NCBI GenBank assembly: GCA_048882485.1
Contig: JBHLRP010000003.1
Location: 1 to 64,000 of the forward strand
From: Candidatus Thorarchaeota archaeon
Lineage (GTDB): Archaea > Asgardarchaeota > Thorarchaeia > Thorarchaeales > Thorarchaeaceae
Length of the DNA: 64,000 bases
Reading direction: 5' to 3'
Made by a program: the position numbers and the translations under genes. Every line of letters starts with the position of its first letter. Position 1 is the stretch's first letter. Positions 19,393-27,591 of this stretch are shown one piece after another. A model generated the notes under the pieces. That model searched no databases. It worked only from the letters and a program-made list of their open reading frames with translations, and was not told the DNA's origin.

Positions 19393-19504
19393 ACAAGAAC
19401 TATTGATTTCTCATATATAGGGCATGCAATACCGGCAAAACAGGTGTATCTAAACACACTTAGACTTTATCGGGTTCTGAACGAAAATGAAATTGAAAGG
19501 AGGA

Positions 19505-19539
19505 GTTGAGTCAGGATTGTATACACTATCCTGGTCAAC
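19505..19539. terminator. Hairpin 3' of the small basic ORF
   Basis: gttga-g-tcaggat / atcctgg-tcaac. Confidence 0.4.
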
Positions 19540-19562
19540 ACATCCTTCTGATCTGAGTTATA

Positions 19563-19766
19563 TCAGCGAACGATTGTGGCTCTATTATCGATAAGCCCTC
19601 TATCTTTGAGCCGCTCCAAGTTCTTAACCGCTGCTTCTGCCGCTCTGTGACGGCGAACGATTTTGACGTCTGGATGCTCTGTGGTGATCTCATCCATCCT
19701 GCTCTTCAGCGGTCTAATCTTGGCAATCGCTCTCTTGAGGGTTGGAATTCTCTTTACTTCTAACAT
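19563..19766 (-). CDS. Small basic hypothetical protein (67 aa)
   Basis: MLEVKRIPTLKRAIAKIRPLKSR...; protein-like amphipathic composition; GAGTGTGA SD-like sequence upstream; 3' hairpin. Confidence 0.65.
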   Translation of the reverse strand: MLEVKRIPTLKRAIAKIRPLKSRMDEITTEHPDVKIVRRHRAAEAAVKNLERLKDRGLIDNRATIVR

Positions 19767-19792
19767 TATTATCACACTCTATATCCAGTGAG

Positions 19793-20100
19793 TTACAATG
19801 GCAGCGAATATCCATGATCCTGCCAATACCTTGGCACCTGTTTCTGAGGAGGAAGTGTTTCCAATGGACCGAAACGAAATCATGGCCAATGTTCTCGCAT
19901 TGGCAAGAAATTCTCCATCAATTGCCATTTTAGGTGATTCTTGGCATTGGGGTTGGACTTTCGCTGCCATTTGTAATCATCATCCCGAAAATATGGCAAT
20001 TTATATATAAATTTATTGCCCAAAGCAAGATTTATCAACGATTGCCGATACTAAGATATATGGTGGATTACCGGTAGCATACTTTTTAAGTAGGTTTGCC
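19793..20100. promoter_or_regulatory. Array of GGCA-N17/18-TGCC inverted sites, long inverted repeat and palindromic TATA in the divergent intergenic region
   Basis: Pairs at 19800/19821, 19902/19923, 19943/19965, 19995/20017 and degenerate 20076/20097; atggcagcgaa (19798-808)/ttcgctgccat (19960-70); tttatatataaa 20000-11. Confidence 0.6.
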
Positions 20101-20146
20101 GACAATTTTTCACTGTCTGGGAGCGAATACTTGAGTTGAAGACCTA

Positions 20147-21238
20147 ATGAAAATCCACGCGAACTTGGACGAAACCGATGTACGAATTCTGAAATCTCTA
20201 GCCGAGCATAGGAAGAAAGTATCAACCCGTGAATTGAGTGATGAGCTTGACATACCAGACAGAACTGTCAGATATAGACTGAGGAAGCTCAAGGAGAAAG
20301 GATTGCTATGTCCTCCCAAGCTCCAGACGTATGAGAGAAAACTTGGTCTAGGTGAGAACCTAGTGCTTCTCCAGAGTAATCCGTCAATGGAGCAGCAATT
20401 GATTGATCTCTTGGACGATACCGAGTTCTTTTACTATTATGGGCCCACCTATGGCAAATATGATGGCTTCATGGTCTATGCAATGTATCCACTAGTAACG
20501 CCGAGGATGGTGCAGCAGCTAGCTGAAGAGATGATGGACAGGGATCTTATCAAGGACTACTTCATAATGGATATGGTAGACTACACTCGAAAGATGGCAG
20601 TACTCGAGCCTCTATTACCCGAGAGTGACTGGTCATGGGATGAATGGTCTGAGAAGATTGAACAGATCATGAAGAATGACTGTGAGATCGATTTGGGTCT
20701 CGAGGAATTCCCAAAGGCGGTGAAATTCGACTATACCGATATCCAGATCATCAAGCATATGGTAGAGAATCCGACCAGTACTCTGAAAGAGGTTGGTGAT
20801 GCATTGGAGCCAGCAATGTCTCTGACTCAGGTACATAAGCGTGTCAAGAGGCTGGAGGATGAAGGAATCATCAGAGGCTTTAAACCCTCTTTCACGCCTT
20901 TCAAGGAATCTGTTTCAGTTTCAATATTCTTCAAATCCCGCGACCATGCGAAGAAGCTTCTATGTGGCTTCACAAGGCTGCCTTTCGAAATCAATATCGC
21001 AATGGAGAACAAGTCAACCTACAACATATGGGTGATGATGCCATCGAGTGAATTGAATCAGTTCCTCCAGAGAATTAACTTCTTCAGAAAATATACCGAA
21101 GAATTCTTCATCCAAATGTTCATCAAAGGCAAAAGCAAAGGCTACACCCATCTACTTACAGCATTCAATCTTGATACTCAGAGCTGGGAGATGCCTATCT
21201 CCGAAACCTTGGTGAAAATCAAGGAGATCACCCAGTAA
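20147..21238 (+). CDS. Lrp/AsnC-like transcriptional regulator with two wHTH-RAM modules
   Basis: LDETDVRIL..L...STRELSDELDIPDRTVRYRLRKLKEKG and FDYTDIQII....TLKEVGDAL...VHKRVKRLEDEGII. Confidence 0.88.
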   Translation: MKIHANLDETDVRILKSLAEHRKKVSTRELSDELDIPDRTVRYRLRKLKEKGLLCPPKLQTYERKLGLGENLVLLQSNPSMEQQLIDLLDDTEFFYYYGPTYGKYDGFMVYAMYPLVTPRMVQQLAEEMMDRDLIKDYFIMDMVDYTRKMAVLEPLLPESDWSWDEWSEKIEQIMKNDCEIDLGLEEFPKAVKFDYTDIQIIKHMVENPTSTLKEVGDALEPAMSLTQVHKRVKRLEDEGIIRGFKPSFTPFKESVSVSIFFKSRDHAKKLLCGFTRLPFEINIAMENKSTYNIWVMMPSSELNQFLQRINFFRKYTEEFFIQMFIKGKSKGYTHLLTAFNLDTQSWEMPISETLVKIKEITQ

Positions 21239-21295
21239 GGCATCCACAAATGTTACAGAGACATCAAGGTTTAAAACAGAATTTGCCTTTGCTGC

Positions 21296-21460
21296 GTTGA
21301 CAGAAATGCCACGAGGAAATATCACACATTATTGGTTCCCGCTTATTAGTGGGAACTAGTGTTGAGCTCTCTTCCTCGTGTTGTCGACTTCTTCTGATTG
21401 CGGTCCTCTCGGGGAAGAGGACTCCATTGCCAGCTACACGCCAGGGGCGATAAGCTGTCA
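21296..21460 (+). ncRNA. Highly structured RNA / 5' leader
   Basis: Stems 21296-302/21382-88, 21310-18/21372-80, 21333-43/21348-58 (G-U pairs on + strand), 21403-09/21416-22, 21431-35/21453-57; TATA tttaaaa 21270-76. Confidence 0.6.
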
Positions 21461-21493
21461 TCTGTGTGCTAACCTCGAGGAGGAAAATGGAAA

Positions 21494-21706
21494 ATGTCAG
21501 CTCGAGAAGCACGAAAACGAAAACGCAAAGTAAGACGTGAAATGAACAAGAATGAACTTAGATGGTACACCGCTGCCTTCGCAGATATATTGGATACTAG
21601 GCATACCTCTCCTAACTTACCACTTCGTGACTATATCGCGTTGACACCGCGGATTAATTCCAATCGACGTCTGGGCAGATATATTGACACGAAGGTGAAG
21701 GAATAA
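21494..21706 (+). CDS. Small basic protein with N-terminal Arg/Lys-rich motif
   Basis: GAGGAGG SD at 21477-83; MSAREARKRKRKVRREMNK...; 3' hairpin. Confidence 0.7.
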   Translation: MSAREARKRKRKVRREMNKNELRWYTAAFADILDTRHTSPNLPLRDYIALTPRINSNRRLGRYIDTKVKE

Positions 21707-21747
21707 CCGCAGCTCCATTCCTACAAGAAATAGTGTTTTGGACCAAA

Positions 21748-21790
21748 GCCCTGTGCATCAATCAGGCACATATTTGCTATTGCACAGGGT
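21748..21790 (+). terminator. Hairpin 3' of the small basic ORF
   Basis: gccctgtgca / tgcacagggt followed by ccttattttc. Confidence 0.5.
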
Positions 21791-21999
21791 ATACCTTATT
21801 TTCAGCCAAACTTACAGCAATTTTCCTGCCCGGTCAACTGCCTTTTCCTTTGAAGACATTGTTTTCTTGTGAGATTTCTTCATGTGACCGGCTTTTTCCT
21901 CATTAGAATGAAATGTTTGACCGCATGCTCCACAGGTTACTTTCGCTGAGATAGTACTCATACTCATCAGTTTCATATTTGGAATTAACTATAATGAAC

Positions 22000-22401
22000 T
22001 CATAATCTGGTTTGCTTTTCGCCAACAAATGCGACAGCATCAATCTCAATCAAACATCCATAGTGTAGCTCAGTTGTTGGGACCACAGTCCGAGCAGGTC
22101 TATGGTCTCCAAAGAATTCAGCGTACACCTCATTCACTCTACTCCACAGCGACACATTGGGAATGTAGGCTGTGGTTCTTAGCACATTTTCTTTTGAGCT
22201 GCCAGCAGCTTCTAGAACTTTGGAGAGGCTCTGCAATGCAGATCTTGTCTGTTCCTCGATTCCTCCTTCAACCGGTTGCCCCTTCTCTGGATCCATCGGC
22301 AATTGGCCTGAAACATATACAATGCCATCATGTACGACTGCTGAGGAGTAGTGAGCCTTGCTCTTCATCCTAGCCCTACTATCAACATCAACCATCTTCA
22401 A
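22000..22401 (-). CDS. RidA/YjgF family reactive intermediate deaminase
   Basis: YS.AV, VYVSGQLP, IEEQT, VNEVYAEFF...PART, IEIDAVA. Confidence 0.93.
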   Translation of the reverse strand: MKMVDVDSRARMKSKAHYSSAVVHDGIVYVSGQLPMDPEKGQPVEGGIEEQTRSALQSLSKVLEAAGSSKENVLRTTAYIPNVSLWSRVNEVYAEFFGDHRPARTVVPTTELHYGCLIEIDAVAFVGEKQTRL

Positions 22402-22437
22402 GCTACTTCACTCCTGGCCTTCTATGCAACCCAGTTT

Positions 22438-23889
22438 CTACGTGCGAGTCATTGTCGCGGCCTCTCTTGCCACGTCGTGTGGAGGCTTCACATTATTGGG
22501 AATGGGGCATTTATACTTGCGACCCATCAATCGTTCACTGAATTCGTCCTTTACAGCCTTTAACTTCCCTGGCTTTGTCAGAAGATCTAGGACTGCACCT
22601 GCAATTGTCTTTGCGGCGAATAGCATGGATTTGTGCCCAATACTCATTCCACAAACTGCAACTGTCTGCCATGAGTGTCCTGGGTCTCCTAGAAGTCCTG
22701 TAGCAGTTGTGAATTCCATTGTAGGTGTGACCCAACTCACATCTCCTACATCAGTAGATCCGGGCCAGACTCTTCCCTTGTCCCAAGGATCTGGGATTGT
22801 CCTATCTACTAGCACATCCACAAAGTCTTCCCAGTCGGGACGCTTCGTCATTCGTAGGAAATCTATCTTAGCTTCTTTTGCTATTGACTCATTCATTTTC
22901 TTGAGGAAGTCCATTTCTGCCTTCGAGTATTCCGGTGCCCCTATCTCTCTCATGTTTGCCAGGACTACATCACTTAGACTCACACTTGGAATGACATTTG
23001 TGCATCCTTCAAGGATCTCATATTCAAAAGATGTGCGAGCCATTAATGATGCGCCTTTGGCAATGTCCAGAATCCATGTGATCATATCGTCAACTTGACT
23101 CATCTCAGGAGCTCTGATGTAGTACCAACTTCTTGCATAGTCCGGAACGATATTAGGCTGCTGACCGCCCTTCTCTATTACGTAATGGATTCTTGCTTCC
23201 TCCATCACATGCTCTCGCATGTAGTTCACTCCGACATTCATCAATTCGAGTGCGTCTAGTGCACTTCGCCCATGCTCAGGCGTGAAAGCAGCATGTGATG
23301 TCAAACCGTGGAAGTGGAACTTTGCTGACTTCACGGCCAAAGAGCTTCCTATGCCAGCAGTATTGGTACTGCCTGCGTGGTGGCTGAGAGCAGCGTCTAC
23401 ATTGTCATAGCAGCCATCTCGAACCAAGAACACCTTTCCACTGTAGGTCTCTTCTGCTGGACACCCGAAGAACTTGATTGTGCCCTTGATATTGTCTTTC
23501 TCCATTGCCATTCTGGCTGCAATGGCTCCGGCCATCCCCGATGCGCCATGTATGTTGTGTCCACATCCATGGCCCGGTGCTCCCTCTTCAAGAGGCTCTT
23601 GATCTGCTATCGCCTTCTGTGATAGTCCTGGCAGGGCGTCATACTCCCCATTGATTGCTATCACAGGTGATCCTGAACCATAAGTAGCAACGAAGGCTGT
23701 TGGCATGTCAGCGATGCCGCGTTCAACTTCAAAGCCATATTCTTCCAGGGTTTTAGCAAGAATCTCAGATGACTTGAACTCCAGCAGTCCAAGCTCCGCC
23801 AGTTCCCACACCTTATCACTAACCTCGATCATTTGCGATTCATTTCTCGATATCCAGTCCCAAGCAAATTCCTTGGCCATATTATGCAC
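22438..23889 (-). CDS. M20 amidohydrolase (AbgB-like, p-aminobenzoyl-glutamate hydrolase subunit B family)
   Basis: GEYDALPGLSQ, GHGCGHN, GCPAEE, GRSALDALELM, GSTDVGDVSW, HSWQ. Confidence 0.92.
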   Translation of the reverse strand: MHNMAKEFAWDWISRNESQMIEVSDKVWELAELGLLEFKSSEILAKTLEEYGFEVERGIADMPTAFVATYGSGSPVIAINGEYDALPGLSQKAIADQEPLEEGAPGHGCGHNIHGASGMAGAIAARMAMEKDNIKGTIKFFGCPAEETYSGKVFLVRDGCYDNVDAALSHHAGSTNTAGIGSSLAVKSAKFHFHGLTSHAAFTPEHGRSALDALELMNVGVNYMREHVMEEARIHYVIEKGGQQPNIVPDYARSWYYIRAPEMSQVDDMITWILDIAKGASLMARTSFEYEILEGCTNVIPSVSLSDVVLANMREIGAPEYSKAEMDFLKKMNESIAKEAKIDFLRMTKRPDWEDFVDVLVDRTIPDPWDKGRVWPGSTDVGDVSWVTPTMEFTTATGLLGDPGHSWQTVAVCGMSIGHKSMLFAAKTIAGAVLDLLTKPGKLKAVKDEFSERLMGRKYKCPIPNNVKPPHDVAREAATMTRT

Positions 23890-23949
23890 CCGGTCAGAAG
23901 CAATGTCATGCCTTCTCTTATCTTAGCTGGATTGCGTAGGTCAAAGAGA

Positions 23950-24831
23950 TTACTGCTCAATGTCTTCTGAGCGGCCAAGGAGAAATCGAACATAAGTGCC
24001 GAAGTCCCCGGGATTGACACGCAGTCCTGGAACCCTCTTCATATACTCGGAATATCCATTACCGAACCTCTCTACTAGTTCCTTCTCCTCAACTGATATT
24101 TGCGCTCTCCAAGCAGCATAAAACAATACAAAGAACACCATTGCGTAGATGGACATCCGGAAGAGCATTGCAGATAAGCCCAACAAGACTCCGGCGAAGT
24201 ATGTCGGATGACGGATTATCGAGTAAATCTCCCGCTGCTGAATCTCGGATTCATCAGGGAAGTAGAGGTATATCACAATCATATAATCGATGCCAAATGT
24301 AAGAACAGCACGTCGCATCGTAAGTAATCCCAGCAACACAAAGAAGCTGCCAAGAACAATCCGTAGAGGGACATCAATCTCGATAGGGACGCCAACAAGA
24401 GGAAGGAGCGCCTGCGAGAAGAGAGTTGTCAAATCGTTTACTGGAGGTCCGGGCGGCAGAGACCTCACAGACACAAACATATGTACTAGACATGCAAACA
24501 GCAATCCAATTCCTGAAATCCCGCGAGGAATGACGCATTGATAGGCCAATTTTCCATGCTCAGCTTGAAGCTCCTCCTTCTTCCTCCAGACTCCCCAGAC
24601 GAGCCAAAGTCCGATATACAGTAAAATCACCATGGCTACGATTGGTAGCAGTGGCTCCACTAAGGCCAGGAAAGACATCTGTACAATAATGCGGGGTAGA
24701 ATGTCAAGCAATAGCAGGAATGCAAGTCCAAGCAGTGCCATTCCAAACATAAGAAGTGGAACAAATGCCAATCTCCACCCCGGATATGCAGGCAGTTTCT
24801 CGCGGACTTTCTCCATCCCTTTCAGTTGCAT
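23950..24831 (-). CDS. Isoprenylcysteine carboxyl methyltransferase / PEMT family membrane protein
   Basis: Multiple TMs; IYSIIRHPTY, EEKEL..RFG..Y.EY..RVP. Confidence 0.85.
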   Translation of the reverse strand: MQLKGMEKVREKLPAYPGWRLAFVPLLMFGMALLGLAFLLLLDILPRIIVQMSFLALVEPLLPIVAMVILLYIGLWLVWGVWRKKEELQAEHGKLAYQCVIPRGISGIGLLFACLVHMFVSVRSLPPGPPVNDLTTLFSQALLPLVGVPIEIDVPLRIVLGSFFVLLGLLTMRRAVLTFGIDYMIVIYLYFPDESEIQQREIYSIIRHPTYFAGVLLGLSAMLFRMSIYAMVFFVLFYAAWRAQISVEEKELVERFGNGYSEYMKRVPGLRVNPGDFGTYVRFLLGRSEDIEQ

Positions 24832-24933
24832 ATGTAGCCCCGTTCCTACTCAACACCCATTCGTAAAGATAACTCCTTTGAAATTGAAACGCTGCTGGGT
24901 CAGTATGATTGATAACCTGTTTTCACTCGATAT

Positions 24934-26601
24934 GTGACTTGGTGCATGAATCTGAAGACAAGCTCCGTTGCTCTGGTCTGGATAATTTTAGTCCTCCTAT
25001 CACCCATATTGCTGCAGGATAGTGGGGTATTAGTTAAATCCAATCGAGTGGCGCAAAGCGCTCAGACAGATTCAGTTGAAGAACGTGCTGCTGAGGCAGG
25101 GAGAATTACGTCCATCGCACAGACAGACGCGAGAAACATTCTCAGAAGTGCCTACAATGAGTCAGTGACTCAATGGGATGTTTCCAAACACCTTGAAACT
25201 GTGATGCGAGCAGAGGGAGCAGATGGCCCTCTTGCGTTCGCTACACTCACGATGTCAGGTCTAGAGCTATTAGAGCCGCATGGCAACCCATACGACGACC
25301 ATGGACATATTATTGATCCTACAACTGAGCCTATTGTCATGATAGATATGGGATGCAAGTATGAAAACCATAGTTCTGATGTCACCAGGACCTATCTCTT
25401 TGAGAGTGCCACTCAGAAAATGAAGGATGCGTACTCAGCTGTCTTGGCTGCTGAAGAGGCAGCTATCGCCGCAATAGCTCCTGGGGTGACAATTGGGGAA
25501 CTTGATACAATTGTGAGATCTGAATTATCTGCCTACATAGGAGTTGAAGGTATTTCCTTCTATCCTTACTGGGGGCATGGAGTTGGATTCTTTGTCCATG
25601 AGTACCCCACATTGTACGAAGGGCATGCCGGAATCAAACTGACGGAAGGCCAGGTACTTGCTCTAGAGCCCAACTTGTTCTTTGATGATGGGTGGGCTTT
25701 AAGAGTGGAGGACATTGTTTTGGTCACATCTACAGGAGTTGAGGTCCTTAGTGACTCCCCAAAGGCTCTTGAAAGCGTGACAATCAGTCCGGAGGACCCG
25801 CTTGTATCCACAACCATCACAATCAGCAATTATGAGTACAATCAGAATGTGAACATGGCTGTAGAAGTAGAGGACTCATCGGCAAGGTTTCCCACTCACG
25901 CAGCCTTCTTTGACGGCCGTTCTTGGCACACAATGACCCAGACTGGAAGCAGGGAGTTCTCACACAGCTATTTGCTGTTGGAGGACCTCTATTCAGGTCT
26001 CATAGCTTCGGCTTTCAGAATACACTTTTCACAGGACACGGTGTACTTCACTGAAGATCTATTGGCCACTCCGTCCAATACATCAGAGGTTAGCCTCAGC
26101 TCTCCCGTTGTTCTTGTTTCCGAGGGGGCTGGCGTTTCCACTGCTACAGTTTGGACATTCAGTCATGAAAATGCCATGATGGTTAGACTACATTTCAATC
26201 GTCTGGCCACAAACGATGGCTCGCAAACACTTCTCACCGATAGTGATGGTCGAGTGGTCGAAGATATTCGAATACCGGAAGCCCAAGACCTGTGGTCACC
26301 TTGGGTTGCTGGAGATACAGCACAGCTTAGTGTGAATCCTATCTCATCCAACGGAGTCAATGGGGTTGGATTCATCGTGGAAAGATTGGAAGTTGCTTAT
26401 CCGGCAGATTATACGCCTTTTACAACTAATAGCCCCACCACACCTACAACAAGCCCAACACCCTACCCAACTCCGCCAACATCGCAGGAGCCTCCTCCTG
26501 CACCAGGAGGTGTGATAGACCTAGCTCCGCTTATTGCGGGCGTTGTCGGTTTCGCCGCAATTGGCATCATATTTGTCATCGCAAGAGACCTCAAATCCTA
26601 G
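24934..26601 (+). CDS. Secreted, membrane-anchored M24 metallopeptidase with CUB-like domain
   Basis: Signal peptide; DMG, SSDVTRT, GHGVG..VHE, EP, RVED ligands; W.F....VRLHF...WSPW..G...GF CUB-like segment; Pro/Thr linker and C-terminal TM. Confidence 0.85.
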   Translation: MTWCMNLKTSSVALVWIILVLLSPILLQDSGVLVKSNRVAQSAQTDSVEERAAEAGRITSIAQTDARNILRSAYNESVTQWDVSKHLETVMRAEGADGPLAFATLTMSGLELLEPHGNPYDDHGHIIDPTTEPIVMIDMGCKYENHSSDVTRTYLFESATQKMKDAYSAVLAAEEAAIAAIAPGVTIGELDTIVRSELSAYIGVEGISFYPYWGHGVGFFVHEYPTLYEGHAGIKLTEGQVLALEPNLFFDDGWALRVEDIVLVTSTGVEVLSDSPKALESVTISPEDPLVSTTITISNYEYNQNVNMAVEVEDSSARFPTHAAFFDGRSWHTMTQTGSREFSHSYLLLEDLYSGLIASAFRIHFSQDTVYFTEDLLATPSNTSEVSLSSPVVLVSEGAGVSTATVWTFSHENAMMVRLHFNRLATNDGSQTLLTDSDGRVVEDIRIPEAQDLWSPWVAGDTAQLSVNPISSNGVNGVGFIVERLEVAYPADYTPFTTNSPTTPTTSPTPYPTPPTSQEPPPAPGGVIDLAPLIAGVVGFAAIGIIFVIARDLKS

Positions 26602-26603
26602 AT

Positions 26604-26706
26604 TTATGGGCCCCATTTAACGTATTGAGGACTTTGATATCAATACATAGGTCTTTTTCATCAAAAATAGACCTCCATTCACCCCATTATGTAAATGGGG
26701 GCCGTA
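26604..26706. repeat. About 20-bp imperfect inverted repeat enclosing two hairpins (ncRNA- or MITE-like)
   Basis: ttatgggccccatttaacgta / tatgtaaatgggggccgtaa; inner gtattga/tcaatac and aggtct/agacct. Confidence 0.5.
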
Positions 26707-26839
26707 AGAGGCTATTATTAGATATCATTGGGAGTTAATAAGAGAAATCATGATTCAGCAACAGTGCCAAATTCACTTCTGATTATGTCATGTTCATCAG
26801 TCAATGCGAGACACGCGACTGATAGGAGCAAGACTGCAG

Positions 26840-26956
26840 ATGTCGAAAAAGAAGAGGAGTAAGGCCTCTGAAAAGAGGAACGAGCAGAAGACCAAGAAAG
26901 AGGTCGACTGGGTTCTAGCTTTTGAGTGGGCCAAGACTGGATACAAAGGACCCTGA
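26840..26956 (+). CDS. Small basic protein, 38 aa (MSKKKRSKASEKRNEQKTKKEVDWVLAFEWAKTGYKGP), below the ORF-track cutoff
   Basis: Manually translated; AGGAG upstream; ends 24 nt before the TPR gene. Confidence 0.6.
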   Translation: MSKKKRSKASEKRNEQKTKKEVDWVLAFEWAKTGYKGP

Positions 26957-26980
26957 TACAACTGGTGCGAGGGAAATCAG

Positions 26981-27520
26981 ATGTCTGAAGCTGAGGCGAA
27001 ACCTGGGGTAGAACCGGTGGATTACCTCAAGACAATTCACGCAATGATTTCAGCGAATAGTTCGTCCAAGGAAACTGCTGAGAGAATGACAGGTTCTGAT
27101 GTAGAATTGGATGAAGGGTTGGCTGAACGTGCCTGGATAAACTCAATGCTGCTGGAACCCAAGAATCCTACTTTCTGGAATGCCTTTGCTTTGGTCTATA
27201 TGATGAATGGTGACTACGACGCCGCCGGGAGTGCCATCGAGCGTTCTTTGGAGATTGACACTGGAATTGCATGGACGTGGAGAATCTGGGGCGACCTATT
27301 TCTGAGAATTGGTAGGACTGGTGAAGCAGAGCGTGCCTACCGCATGTCTCTCGAGCTCAAGCCATGGAGCACTCACTCCATGCAGCAGCTGTCGAGCCTC
27401 TATATGCGAAGAGGGGCATTTCCAGAAGCTGCCGAGCTGATAAGCAGATTGGTGCTTATTTCACCAAACAATCAAGAGCTCTGGGATTCACTCACGCATT
27501 GCATACGCAACTCGTTATAA
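26981..27520 (+). CDS. TPR protein
   Basis: TPR-like repeats (W...A..Y...G.Y..A......LEI; W..WG......G...EA..AY..SLEL.P). Confidence 0.85.
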   Translation: MSEAEAKPGVEPVDYLKTIHAMISANSSSKETAERMTGSDVELDEGLAERAWINSMLLEPKNPTFWNAFALVYMMNGDYDAAGSAIERSLEIDTGIAWTWRIWGDLFLRIGRTGEAERAYRMSLELKPWSTHSMQQLSSLYMRRGAFPEAAELISRLVLISPNNQELWDSLTHCIRNSL

Positions 27521-27591
27521 TGGGTCACGGATCAATTGCTATCACAATTGCTAAGTGAAATGATTACCCATATCCATGGCTGGGTGAATGA

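Noticed and set aside
19844-19875. Hammerhead-like core words CTGAGGA...CGAAAC
   Set aside because: Stem II pairs for only 2 bp and no convincing stems I/III with an NUH site were found
19742-20010. Overlapping 63-70-aa ORFs on both strands (MAAKVQ..., MAANIH..., MEFSLL...)
   Set aside because: Mirror-image starts and ends (MAA...FAAI) are a by-product of the inverted repeat; no SD or protein-like signal
21333-21442. Cobalamin riboswitch-like words (GGGAA.TAGTG, GGGAAG, GCCAG)
   Set aside because: Order and pairing do not fit; no GCCACTG or AGACC B12-box; downstream gene is unrelated
21748-21790. Possible SECIS element
   Set aside because: No in-frame TGA selenoprotein candidate nearby and no clear SECIS core; treated as a 3' hairpin
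22358-23098. 246-aa + strand ORF
   Set aside because: Antisense shadow of the M20 amidohydrolase
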